A DNA stretch of 64,000 bases from positions 69,502,001 through 69,566,000 of the forward strand of contig OZ260664.1 in assembly GCA_965285935.1 (NCBI GenBank), written 5' to 3'. Under the pieces are notes generated by a model, which searched no databases, was not told the DNA's origin, and worked only from the letters and a program-made list of their open reading frames with translations. Numbering within the stretch: the first letter of the stretch is position 1; each line of letters opens with the position of its first letter. This document shows positions 26,483 through 39,600 of this stretch, one piece after another. Position numbers and translations under genes: made by a program. Source of the DNA: Ophelia neglecta (Eukaryota).

Positions 26483-28016
26483 CTTACATGTGTGTTGTGA
26501 ACTGCACAATGAAACATTGTACCCCATATTCCTGGTAATTAGTCATTTGTAAACGCGGCCGTAGGGTCTGCTTGAAACATGTTTCTTTTATATTATTTTA
26601 CCGTCTGTTATCGACTATCAAGTGAGAGTCAAGTGGTAGGCATCTTATGTTACTAGTTACTATATTTATGGCTATGAAATTATAAACTAATAAAGCCTTG
26701 CCTTGCCCGTCATATTGCACATGTGTTGCTTAAGATCAATTAAATTTTTGTTCGTTATAAGTAATTATTGAAATATAGGTGGTGACAGGAGAAGGTAAGC
26801 AGGTCAGACACAAATTTTTCCCTACGCCAACTAATTTAGCTGTCTATCCTTCTTAAACCTCTAGTCACCATGGATTCGCTTATCCATTCTTCTCGTAAGG
26901 CCAATATTATAGACGTCTTACTCAACAAAATTATGGAGGATTTGAGGCCCAGTTCTCCGCCACCACCTTAGAGCCCATGACCTTGACGCTGTCTAGGGGT
27001 CGTTACAGGAGGTGACAGCCTGACGAGCAAAGACCTCAGAAAGTCTCAAGGTTAGACTAAAGATTGATTATAATCCTTAAATGTCCTGCACAGTGGCATA
27101 GAGCGATGTGCAAACTTACCTGTGGCTAATTCTGTCCTACAGTGCAATCATTCATTGTCGCCAATATTTTTCCCTAAAACTTAACACTATATAGTGGGAT
27201 TGCTGGCAACTTAAATAAATATAGGCCTACAATCCCGATTCAAAGCGTTTTCACATTGTGATCCAAATACGATTTTTTTTCCATGTCAGGTGTATGAATT
27301 GGATATGTTTTTTTTATTTTCTCTATATATCTGTGGACAGCAGTTTTACAAAGCCCGATGAATGCGAATCGGTATGCCACTTATGTTTCTTCGGGAGGGA
27401 ATTGTATTATTTCACTTTGGATGTTGTTAGATAAAGAATAATTGGACTTTTTGAAACTCACCCTACTTCCGAAGTGCCCATTTCTTTCACTATAATGAAT
27501 GCAATGCATCACTTCAGAAGACAACCAACTTCAGGCAGATTTGACCAATAAGCCATTTGTAACTGTATTTGCCAGTTGGGAAATTCTGGCTGTTTGACAG
27601 GTAAATGTATCTTCAAGTGAAAATGTAAGGCTGACACTTTGTATGGGCTCCCCTTGAACGACAAGCATCGTGGTTCAATTCTGATATTTGACAACTGTTT
27701 TTCGTACTGTTTTCTTATAGGAATTCGAGTCCTTCCTATCATCTGTTCAGAGTGTCGGTTTAAATTAACTCAATTTCATCATAAATTTTCATTTAGATTA
27801 TTATGAAGATATCAGTGTATTTTTTGCCATGGTTTTCGCTGTTTCCTCGAAGCCTTCCATTGCCTTATTCAAAAAATTAAATAAACAAAAATTATTTTAT
27901 TTCTTTTTGTCTTGTAATGTAAACTTGCAACTTTTAGCAAGGACCAATTTTATCATATTTTAGTTACTACTGTAATCTGAGTTGCTTGTAATGAAACTGT
28001 TTGATGCTTTTTATTT

Positions 28017-28080
28017 TGTAAAGCGCTTAGAGCTATGTATAGGCGCTACAGAAATCAATGTATAATAATATAATAATAAT
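28017..28080 (+). mobile_element. L2-type LINE/SINE 3' tail
   Basis: TGTAAAGCGCTTAGAG...AGGCGCTACAGAAAT followed by (TAA)n: the AGCGC/GCGCT stem and short-repeat tail of L2-clade 3' ends. Confidence 0.6.
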
Positions 28081-29147
28081 GTTGATTTTCAAGGACAAGA
28101 ATGTATACCAAAGCGTAATTTTCATTAGAGCTGACTGACTTCCTTATCACGTGTCATATTGCTTAGATATTTGTTAAAAAATAAATGGCGTATTCTACCT
28201 CACCGATTCGATATATCTTTATTACACATGTGATTCCAACTATACTAACATATAAATCTAAATTCCAGAACCGTTGTCACAGTACCTGCACAAAGAGTAA
28301 ATGGTGAACGTGGCATGTCTTTCCAACTTCCTAATCAGCATTTGGCTTGACAATTAGTGTTAGTGGATGTTTTCCCTGCATGTGTGGCATTCAACAGGTC
28401 TATCACAGCTCCATCTCCCTTCTAATAAACCATCAGGCATATGAGCAGAGAACCATATAGGGCTATTGATCATTTAGAAAAACATATTTTTGTACATATT
28501 GTCATCGAGACTTTGTTTTTGGCTTTTGACTATTTGTAATCAATAAGTTTACAATCAAAATAGGTACAATCGGTATACTAGGGTATATTGTAAAACCAGA
28601 TTCGAGACACGAGGGAAATACGAATTACACAGCTACGAAAATAAGTAGGAGGTTAGGTTTTGCAAAGCAAAATAAGTGAAACATTCCATACTTATCCATA
28701 ACACCTAACCAATAACCTAATCAATATAAACGTTTACAATACAAATATATTGTATATTTGTCTCATTTATACAAATTGTGTCACGTTTTAAATTATGCCT
28801 TATGTTAGGATAGATCAGCAGACACACTGCCCGGTTTTATAACTAACTATGCGACCAAGTAAATGTGTTGGTAGGCCTACTTATTTGTTCGTCTGTGAAG
28901 TATAGTTTATGATGTCCTCCGATCTAAAAAAATGCTTATATATAATTACGTCTCGAATCGCGATTTCTAAAAAATCATTTCTAACCAGGACTATGTTATT
29001 CATGGAGTTTGAATCTTAAACCTCACCAAATAGAAGTTCGATTTACATTTTTGGTTGCTCAAAAATAGATGTGTCCTAACGAGACCTTTAAACACAAATG
29101 AGTCTTTTCGGATTATTGATGTGTTTCAGGTATGTGACTAAGTAGTT

Positions 29148-29560
29148 CACGAATTTGTCAGTAGTACAATTCTTAAGCAAACAAAGCGACTTTCCCACAG
29201 CGGAACGATCCTTGATCTGCCCCTCGCTTTGTCTGTTTACTCCCCGCTCCCAATATCCGGTGCACGAGTAATTGGTCGCTTGACTGAGTGATGATACATC
29301 TCTCTCCGGTGTTATCGCATTTTCAGCTTAAATACTTTAAATCATTCGGGCACAAGGATGTTATGATCCATAAAGCGAGATGTTCGTCATGTTCCAGACT
29401 CGGCTAAGATGATCCCCACGTTCCATTACCATCACACAACACCGACCCCTTAAAGTCTTTATCTGCCACACTAGACACTTGCCAGTTTAAGCCTTACGGA
29501 CTCAATTTTACGTGAAAATAACATAGGACATGGCTTGTGCTGTAGGATATGAGCTAGCAT
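29148..29560 (+). mobile_element. L2/Crack APE end and linker relic
   Basis: EFVSSTILKQTKRLSHSGTILDL (GTILDL at 29202-29219), then LSDD, YFKSF and ATLD...TWL in shifted frames. Confidence 0.4.
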
Positions 29561-31329
29561 GTTTAATATGAATGATGTGTTTAATAAACAAACCTGATAT
29601 CGAGCGAGCTTTCCGTCTATTATTTGCAATGAATGATTTAGTATTATCGGCTGATTATTTCCACTTCCGGCTTTCCACTTTTAATCCTTCAACACAAGAC
29701 GGATCATTTAGCTAAAGGTGAAAGAAATTATTTCGTGCCCATCGCCCAATAAAAGTCGGATGTAAAATAAGACTTTTCACAAATTTTCCTGTCCACACAT
29801 ATACCAGATGTTGCTACTAGAATCGCATGAAATTAAATCCAAGTTTCGAGATAAAATGTATTAATTGACGGCTCCTTCAAAAAAATAACTTCTGGGAAAT
29901 AAACCAATGTGTGCATATTAAATCCTTGAAGTTTATAACAATAAGTTGTCGTTATTTCTTACCAATAAGCAGTTCATGAGAATAGTAAAAAAATTGAATA
30001 CTTTGACAAAAATGTTCCATGTTTTCTAAATCCGAGATATCTTTCATAACTATGAACAAGATGCACGATATAGGTGGGACATATTGAGAATTTTTTAAAC
30101 CAAGTATCACTGCATGCTTTTAATTGTAAATGTAGGTTTAAGTCAAATTGACGCCTCCCAGTAAATGCAACCTGCATGTGGCATGTCGCCGGTTGTTCGT
30201 GCGACCTGTGGCTTGCTCAGATTGGTTAGCTCAGCCACTGTGTTCCATGATGTCCCACTGATCCTATTGAATTGCAGCACCTGTTCGTCGACGTGGCTGT
30301 TAAGGATTAGGCCCAAAGATCAATACTTGGTGAGTGAGAGTGCCTGTCGTCAATCACGTCACACCGATCAATAAATATCATCTCAAGAGACAAACATACG
30401 CCAGGACGGCGGCTAGTTGGCCGATTGCCGTTTAAACGGCCAACGATGGACTACATGTTTCAAGCGCCAACAGTTTTGCAGTGATACCATCTACTTGGCC
30501 TAATGGCTCCAGCAGTAACCTTGAATGTCTGTTTAGTTCGCGAGTGTGATCTTTGATGTCGCTATCAAATTACTTTCAAGTTATATTAGGTATCATTTCT
30601 CTATGGCAATGATGAAGCAAATGCACGCAAGGAATTGTTCCAGCACATCATATTGTCACATAACCAAATTTAAATATAAAGAAATTTGTTACAATACTTT
30701 GCTTGCCGATCCGACCCGCTTAATATATAAATGGTTTCTGGAATAATAATATAATAATCGCTTGAAGAAGAAATTAATTCGATTATTAGTTGGACAACGT
30801 AGGACAGTGGTGAAATATGCCGTAAATTGTCTTTGGTGTCCTAAGCCCACAATAAGTCTAAAGAACAACGAATAAGTTGGTTGGCTAAAAGCCCTTTAAT
30901 CCTAGCTTTGGCACACATTGATTTCACTTTTGGACGGGTAGGTAATCCCCACTGATTAACATGCATACTTACTGTATGATTTCGGATTGTCCCAAAGTAT
31001 GCCTCACGGCGAACATGAATGGGGCACTTTTGAATAAATTCTAGTAGAGCAAAAACTGAAATGAATAGCCGACATACAATCCAAGATCAATAATTGAGGG
31101 TAATCAGTTTAATCGGTCCGAATTAGTCAGGTGTCGTCTGCTGCAGACCAACAACATCAATTCAAAAATAGTTCTTATACAAAATATAGTAATATAATGA
31201 TAGGACTTGCGATTTTATATCACTATGAAGCGGATTCACGTAACCCATTGCCCTAGGATGTACAGGAATTTGATATTGCTTTTGCCGTCAATCAGAATTA
31301 GACTAAAGTAAACTCATCACTGTATCATA

Positions 31330-31880
31330 TGAATTTTACGTAACAAAATAGACAGGAAAATACTGGAAGTTATCAAGGAATACAATGATACAAATAATCC
31401 CACCATATTCTTAAACAGAAAAATGATTATCCTACCCAGGTCCCACATTTCTAGGCTTCTTATTTTATTAATTGTTTTAGACACATTTGCCCAGTATAAT
31501 TGTGCCCCAATGCACCCAAAGAACTTGTACGATGCATATTCTTCAAGAGATTCTCGGCAACGATTTGGTACATGCCCGTAAATTCCCAAAATCCAGTTTA
31601 CTGTGATTGAGTGGACTGTTCTTGCTTTAATGATTTTGTTATTTTTGTCTGCCGGTTACCCACTCCCATTATTTTTTATCTTATGCTTCCTACTCGAATG
31701 TCCCATTGCTTCTGCACCACATTAACTGACAGGCTAGAGGCCTGTATTCTGTCTTCCGGCCAAGCATGTCAGGTGGCTTTAGTACAGGAATGTCTGGCCA
31801 TTTACTTCCTATAGTTGAATTGACCGAGAGACATACCAGAAATATACATGTGTCTATGGGTAAAGCCATTCCGACCAAAT
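31330..31880 (-). mobile_element. Non-LTR RT N-terminal relic (I/Nimb/Jockey-like)
   Basis: IPVLKP...EYRPLAC, Q*TGF, FF...W...KIRSL...GRII.F..N occur in the RT order IPILKP/YRPISL/QxGFR/FFDxxKA/KL..GR. Confidence 0.45.
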
Positions 31881-34099
31881 ATGCTCACCTTTTACATTTT
31901 CCATTACCTGTTAACATATATGCGTCTTCTGAGGGGTCGAGGTAAAGCTGTTTCTGCTTCCTTCGTTTCTGTTAGATACTTATCATCTCCCGATCAATGC
32001 AAAATAAACTAACAGGAAACGAACATCATAATTGCACAGTTTTGCGAATGTTTTCTGGGAGACTTTAAAATGGACGAAGACAAAACAATGAATGCAATCC
32101 AAGAGTCACACTTATTAATAAAAAAAAACCTTTTGAAACGGACAGAATTCATTAGCAACCATCCACTGGAGTCCTAAAATGTGTTGATACTGCCAAATGG
32201 ATCGCGACAATTCTCTCGAATCAATCTTTAAACAGCAGAGATTCATTATTAGCTGTTACCGTCTGCAATTACAATAGTTTTGAGTGTGAATCATTAATTT
32301 CCTCTCTAGGACACATATAGCAATTTTGGGTCATAGCCTTATTATTGTTATCACCTTGCTTTAAAAATGTAATGGGGCAACTAATTGAATGCACTTAGTA
32401 TATTGACAGATCCTTTATCACTTCGGTTCGATGCAATAAAAACCTTGGTGAAAGCCCAGACGACTGAGGGCAAGACAGGCACGCTGAAAATGCACAACCA
32501 ACGCTTATACAAAGGCATACTTTTTCTCAGAGCAATATTAGTAGCAGTGTTTCCTTCCACTATTAGCGCTTCTTTCTTGCCTTTGTAAAAAGCTATTAAC
32601 GATTCTTGTCTCTCTTGGCAACGATCGGCCAACAGTCAGGTGCCGGATAGAGGGTCAGCATATAGCCAGGCAAGGCGGAAGTAAAGTTAACAAGTTTATT
32701 TCTCCAGGATAACCTGTCACCGCTTAGGAAAACTACGAGCCCGTGGTAGTTATTTTGTACAGTTTAAGCGGTGGAGGCCAATATAACATGATTCAATGTC
32801 AACTTAACGTAGTTTAATACACGATTAGCCCCCAGAAAGGTTTCCCACCTATTTGAGCGACGCATAGTGTCATTTTAATAACAAACAACTCAGATTAGTC
32901 TAGACAACCAATACAAAAGTTTCGAGCAGCAATTCTTTTAGATGGAGGCCTAGCATTTTTGAGAGAGACTATTCTCTTAGTCACTGCAAAGGAGAGTCTA
33001 GTCGAAAGCTGCGATTTGCCTTGTTATGCAATTAAAAATATTGCTTTAGCATGAAGCGTGATTCCTAAAATTGTGTCTTAACATTATCAGCATATAAAGT
33101 ATATACCCCCAATCCGTCACTTCCGCTGACAAAAGGGTATTTAAGTAGTATCAGCCTTTGACAAACTAGTCCAGCACATCGGCGTGTCTTCGCTTGCTTT
33201 ACTTTACATTGCTGGCCATGTGTCCTTCGGCTGGTCGGGAGTACAATTTCAAGGGTCCGTGTTTTTAATAATTACCCAAAATACACTGTGGTAAATGGAA
33301 CGACGGGTGGCACAATCATAAAGAAATTGCCACGTATGTAAATGTTTGAACATATTCAGAGAAAATACAAGCTAGATTACAGCCACAGTGCTGTAGAACT
33401 TACACTGAGTCAATTGTGACTCCCCTCAATAACAGAGGTTAAATCCCTTGTTAGTGGAGCTTCCTGCACGGAATCCCGTGTAAGACAACGACAGGATCTT
33501 TTGGTTGTAACCGCTTGACTCTTTTTCAGCAGACTAAAAATACAATACCCCTGACAATCTGATTGTATAAATACGTGCATTGTCTTCGAAGGACCTGGTT
33601 TACGTGTTAGGTATTGCTTAGAAATGAAAACAATCCATGTTGTACTTGGACCTGTTTTGTGTTAAGCTCAACATCTACTCAGGACTGCATCGGCTCTGAG
33701 AGTTTTTTCTAGTTATGCTAGGGCTAGAACTATGTGCATATCCTTGACACTATTTATAATAATGATAACAGTGATTATTATAACAATCCCACCGACTCAT
33801 CTGACTTAAAAGTCATCAGAAATATGAAGCGAAAAATAGAAATGATTTAATAAACCTAGTAGTGGAATATAAGATTATCCTAATAGATTTGAAAGATAGC
33901 ATAGTAAATATATGACACGGTAAAGTAATAGGTGACAATCAGATATAGGTAATATAAAGAAGCTTTTACCCAGCAGCCCAAGGTCACTCCGGCAACGGGG
34001 GACGCCAAGAGGAAATGAAAACACAACTGGCAAGGCTCCAGGGGTCATGAGGGACTGTATGTTGTAGCTGAATCCAGAAGGAAGAGAGTGGATAGAAGG

Positions 34100-35250
34100 A
34101 GAGAGACCATAGACCCTGCTTGAAAGGTATCAAGTTAGATGTCTCAAGAATGACGACTGGTAGAGAGTTCCTGTCAGTTACAGTGTGAACTTTACTTGCG
34201 ATACTCACAGGATGCTGCTATCTGCCGCAATTTGAAAGAATGGCTGCAACTGTTGCAACAGGTGCTACCATGAGTCATGTACTCGGAATGTCAACCAGAT
34301 AATTGACTTATATGAAAATCATAGATAATTGAGCTTTGATTCTTCTGGATCTATGAGACATCGACTGCAAGTGTTCCAACATAGAGGAATATATAACTAC
34401 TTGTGTTTCTGCACATGTAAGTAACAAACCTTGTTGCTCTCCTCTGTACCGTTTCCAGTCTATGAACCTGGTCTTGGCTACTGAATTTTTAGGATTGAAA
34501 AAACATGTCCCACAGTTTCTACCACGCGGCCAGTCTTAACAGGTTCTGCTGGATGATTAAACAATAGTCAGATAATGTTATGTCCCTATATGTTATGTGT
34601 AATATGTAATATCCCTATCCACTAAGCAGTCATTCGCAAATAGTCTAATCTCATTGATCATTTATAAAGTTGCGGAACAGCGTAAGCCCTCTACGCTGCC
34701 CAGTGGCACCCGTGGATTATCACTAGTTTTATACGTTTCCTTTTTCTTAAAGATTGCCAATAAATTCACTGCTCTTCACACAGCCGAATAGGATTCACCA
34801 CCAAATATATATTCGCCACCAAAAGAGACCCTACCTTTTCAGGATCATATCGGGAATGAAGCAGGGACCTGATGTTGGTTATGACTTATCAGGAGCTCAT
34901 GTACTCTCCCAATGGGGAGAAAATGACTGGCATAAAGGTGAAGGAATACCTTGCATTTCGGGAAGAAGAATCTGTCCTCCTGGGCAAACACCGACTAATA
35001 TTGTCGGTTAAGTACGTTTGCTTTGTCAGAATCGGAATAGTTTCCACTGGTATTTAAGGTGAGCTATGCTGCAACTGACTCTACGAATAAACCTGCCGTA
35101 GTTCCAAAGCCACTTTGTTTTGACTGGTATTCCTGACCAGTGTCACCCACTTTGATGACGATTTCCGCAAAACCCCAGTGTACTTGACCTTCCCTGAGTT
35201 TTATGGGACGAAGAAATGCCTCAATGAATACTTCATCATGATCTGTTATT
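34100..35250 (-). mobile_element. Internally deleted CR1-clade LINE ORF2 (linker, RT, C-terminus)
   Basis: In order: KWLWNY, KANVLNRQY*SVFAQED (34974-35024), SGPCFIPDMILK, AIFKKK, VPLGSV/LFRNFIND, IRLFANDCLV (34620-34649), QQNL..L..W*KLWDM, RLETVQRRATRFV (34423-34461), SMLEHL...RR...LVDIP, TVTDRNSLP...FKQGL. Confidence 0.9.
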
Positions 35251-36238
35251 ACAGGGCTGAGGTGACATTTACTAACAATGTTGTTTTAAATTATTAGTAT
35301 AAAAAGAGTTTAAGGACGTTAGAAGTGTATTCAAATCTTACGGGTAAGGCTTGTTACTATCTAGTCAACAAAATGAGTCTTTATTATATAATCAGTAAAT
35401 TTTGACATTGGATTGTTTTCTTTGATTGGGGTATTGCAAGAAGCACACAAATTGCGGACATCTGTTTGTGAGCATGGCGCTAGCAGCTCGTGCCGGTTTC
35501 GTACCAACCAATTTATTTGAATATTTTGGAATAGAAAGTTGTCTTTATTTGATGGGATTCCAATTCTCTTTTTTGATTCCCTCTACGATAACCAGGCATG
35601 GAAGAAGCCCATCGTAGTGTATTGATTACAAGGGCAAACTATACAAGAGAACATATTGCAAGGTCATTCATCGTTTAAAACATACTGTCTTGATAGTACA
35701 AAGACGTGCGTTATCCTTACTTAGATTGGCCGTCTTAAAAGTGATGCTCAGAAGCGCTATCTTGGTTTAGGTGTTTGTTACCAGCTGTTGGGCCTGGTAT
35801 TTGTCGGCAAAGCAGTGCTGGGATAATCTGCTTCAAGCACACAAGTTTCGCTAAAACGATAAATCATTTGAAGGCGCTGTGGGTCTCATTAGTGTCCTGG
35901 CATTCGCAATTGACCACACACAATGTGCCAAGTCCGAAGGGGGAAACATTAATATGAATAATTTGGAGTAGCGTATAACGTTTTGATTCGCATCACATCA
36001 AAATTATGAAACTAGCCAGTGCAAATGGGCCTAAGAATATATGGTCAGGCGAGCTCATATGTGGTGACCCTAATAAGATAATTTCTAATGGCAAAGAGCT
36101 CAGTGGCATATTTAACTCTGCTCTCGTTGTCTAACAGACTGTGAACGTCATTGATTCGAGGGCTAAACCTTATCTTCATACATGTGCTCACACATGCCTA
36201 TTGCTGAACTCATCAGACGAATAGAAACCACCGGTGCG

Positions 36239-36282
36239 TGCACATTGCATTACATGCTCATGCACATTGAATTACATGCTCG
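36239..36282. repeat. 22-bp tandem duplication
   Basis: TGCACATTGCATTACATGCTCA / TGCACATTGAATTACATGCTCG. Confidence 0.85.
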
Positions 36283-38328
36283 TGTTCCAGATGAACGCAG
36301 TAAGTTTCCATGAGCCCGCTGAGCATTAGATGCAGTTCATATAATATGTTAACAGATAACCCGACGCCCACTGGTTGTAGTGGAAATGACGCGGGAAATT
36401 CGTATCAAGCACTGTTCACTAGCCAACTATTTCATACTAAGGGAATGCATTGGTAATGAAGAATATATACTTTACTCATATGAATATATTTTCATTACTT
36501 TGGCCTTGCTTAATTATTCACAGAGGAACGAAAAGCAAAAGCTGTCATATGAGTAACCCGGCTAATGCCTGCGTAACCCGCATGCAAGTTAACATATGCC
36601 TTCCCAAATAAGTACGCTTGCAAACAAAATTGCGCAAATATATCATCATTATAGCTTATGCTTGCATTTGTTGAGAATATTTTTACCCTAATGCATCAAA
36701 ACTGAAATTTCATGAGATAAAACGAAAATCTGTAGCATAAACCCGCACCAAACTCGCTAAAATAAAACTTTCTGGGATACTGAAAAGACGCCTATATATC
36801 AGAAACGGGCGCTTTAGCCGGCTTTTCGTCTCGTTCTTTTTAATTTGAAGTGCTTTAAAGACATCTCGCTCTAATAGGCACGAGCTGAATAACCAATTAC
36901 TCAAGACACCGCATGCCTTGTAGACACGTTCATGTCCAATCAATTTTATCCAAAGTTAATATAAAGAAAGGTCAAGTGCACCTGTTAACGAGGAACCATG
37001 CAATGGTACGGTGTCTTCTTGGAGTGTGTTCACTGCATCCGTGTACGTTTAATATGGATTCATATTTTTAGGTCAGAAATTGTAAAGATTGATTTATTAT
37101 CGAAAATTTTAATAAGTTGAACTTCAGTTCACTGTAGTTCACTCAAAATGAGATTCATAATCATACACCGACAAATACAAGGCTATTTGGGTCATAATTG
37201 ATTAATTGGGCACAAGCTTCAGTTGCACGAAATAGCTGAACTTCAACAATCACTTTTTTAACGGTAAGGAAAAGTTGACCGGAAATGAAATATTAAGGCA
37301 TAGAATATTAAAAAAATACCTCTAGATTTGCCAATCTCATTACGAAATGTTCCAAAGCAAAAGGCGTCGGGTTGCAGAAAGGTTAGTTTCCAACAAACCT
37401 TGTGCAGCATTAGCTAACATAATGTGTTGATGGTATTTGATGATGGGAACATACGTTTCACTCTCATTTAAAACGTCTGGATAGGGCTACAGCGAAACAG
37501 GGTGTCAAGTATTACAGTATTATCGTCTATACTCTTTGAATGCTTGATCTATGGCATGCGTGATCTACTCTTTAATTGAATCGGAAATAACCAGCTTATT
37601 TCCATATGCTGGATATTCCCGGTAAATTGGCCATCGGTCATTTTTCAATAAGTATATGATGAATCAATTTACTCCAGAATTCTTTGTCCGTGATCCTTTT
37701 GTTTTGAGAGTTTGCTATCATGCTCGTTTAATGGAAGGAACAGAGAGATGTTTGATCTGGACTGTCAGTTGGTAAAAACACAATGACCTTTAATCAAATA
37801 AGAACGATGGCACCAGCGTTCGGTATATGGATGACAACTCGCGATGCCTGCATTTATTGTGCCGGTGTATTATGTTCGACTGTGGATGACAGCTCAGTTA
37901 ATTAGACTATAGTGGAGCGGCCGGCCCCTTTGATACGTGTACCGCGAACCAAACACATCGGACAAACGAGCCACCACCTAGCTACAGTTTACAGCACCAA
38001 CGGCAAACAAAAGTAACTACCAATATTGCCTTGGAGCTGCAGCACGAACCCCAATATTTATGTACTGAGATATTATTTCATGAATTAGTTTTCCCCGGCA
38101 AATAAATGTTATTTTCAAATACATTAACCTTTGTTTTGTCTGTTCGTGTGTTTGGTTCTACCAAATAGGTGTTGAATGCTCTAAAAATCCAACCTTAGAC
38201 GACCAGTATTTGCCGTCTGCTCGTAATCTCGTGGCAGCCATGATGATATCACATGATTTTTTTTGTCACATGACTTACAAGGCTCGTACAACTCATGTGA
38301 CCGAATCAAGACATTTCATTGGCTAAGC

Positions 38329-38514
38329 CTAAAAATCCTTTAATAAGGGAAACAATGAAAATGGAATGCTCTTTCCATATCCAGTTGGCAGCACAGCCAG
38401 ACAATTCACATTTTCTGCCATTAACTTTAGTACTTTGACTTGCTCATCTCTCAGATGTTCAAATGGCAAGTTGAGGTCCTTCTTTAATTTTTTAAAATCT
38501 TTGTGTATATTCAT
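38329..38514 (-). pseudogene. RecQ-family (SF2) helicase N-terminal fragment, probably from an AcademH-type transposon
   Basis: 61-aa ORF with Q-motif LRDEQ, NCLAVLPTGYGKS (Walker A / motif I) and FSLFPLL; ATG in CACCATG context; stops before motif Ia. Confidence 0.85.
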
Positions 38515-38555
38515 GGTGAATAAATAAGGGGCACGAAAGACGATGCTTCTGAGGA

Positions 38556-39043
38556 GACAACCGCACTATACACCAATTAAAGAGATAATTTGGAGCTAAC
38601 AGATGATTGGGATTACAAGTCTTCTTGAGTAGTATTACATGTGCGAATGCGCTCAAGGGCAGTTCAGTGTGAGGTCACAGCATGGGTGTCATGTGCTTCT
38701 ATTTACATCTCACGCAAGGTCTCGCTAGCGGTCACATGACATTGGTCGACCACCATTTTGGTAGTCTGCTTCAAAACAACTGAAGTACTGAATAGCGTAC
38801 ATAAACCCGGTTTTTTGTCAGAGTTCGACAAATTAATGGCGGTGATTTATCATTATTTGAAGAATAGCACCCAAGGATTTCAAAAATGTTCATATAAAGA
38901 CGACCCGACGCGTACAGGAGCGGAAATCTTTGGGTTACGGAATCGGGAAGAATAGCTCGGTAGGAAAATGTATAGGCTCGTATTGGAGCTCTAAGGGTGA
39001 CAACCGTACTATACACACCCATTAGAGATCCAATTTGGAGCTA
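38556..39043. repeat. Direct repeat of a putative transposon terminus (38556-38598 and 38999-39043)
   Basis: GACAACCGCACTATACACCAATTAAAGAGATAATTTGGAGCTA versus GACAACCGTACTATACACACCCATTAGAGATCCAATTTGGAGCTA; both read 5'-TAGCTCCAAATT on the minus strand. Confidence 0.75.
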
Positions 39044-39044
39044 G

Positions 39045-39600
39045 CCACCACCATGAGGGTAGTCGTCAGAGGCAAACTGGCATTCTGGAAGAACCACTTG
39101 TACTGCACCGCTAGTAGGCCATAAACTGGTATAATATGACCTGAATACGAACTAAAAAAGGAATATGCGGGCATTAACGGCTGCTTATATTAAACGAGCA
39201 TGCACGATTATTCCTTCTTTTTCCAGGATAACAAAAGTATCCTGAATTTGTACAGGAAAATATTTTCCGGATAAACCCTTTAAATCTGTGTGGTCAACAG
39301 CTTAAACCGATCTTGAAAAGTTGCGACCAGCATGAGACAGTGTGTACACGTATTGAAAATAGGTGGCAATTCTTCCCAAAACAGTCCACCTTCAATAATT
39401 ATATTTTTTATGACACCTACACTTGACAGTGTGTTTCATAGTTCAGATCAATTAAATATAGGCCCAGGCATAGTTTCATCCATTACCCTTATATCCTTAT
39501 GTATAGTGATTCTGAATAGTTGCATCCGGAGTTGCAATGGTCATATGCTAATACAATTATTTCACTCAGTGTCGATTATTGTTATAAATATCACATGAGC
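39045..39600 (-). mobile_element. Possible APE endonuclease relic
   Basis: SESLYIRI...LCLGLY, NIIIEGG and VVLPE..FASDDY/LMVVA loosely follow the APE motif order ending in SDH. Confidence 0.25.
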
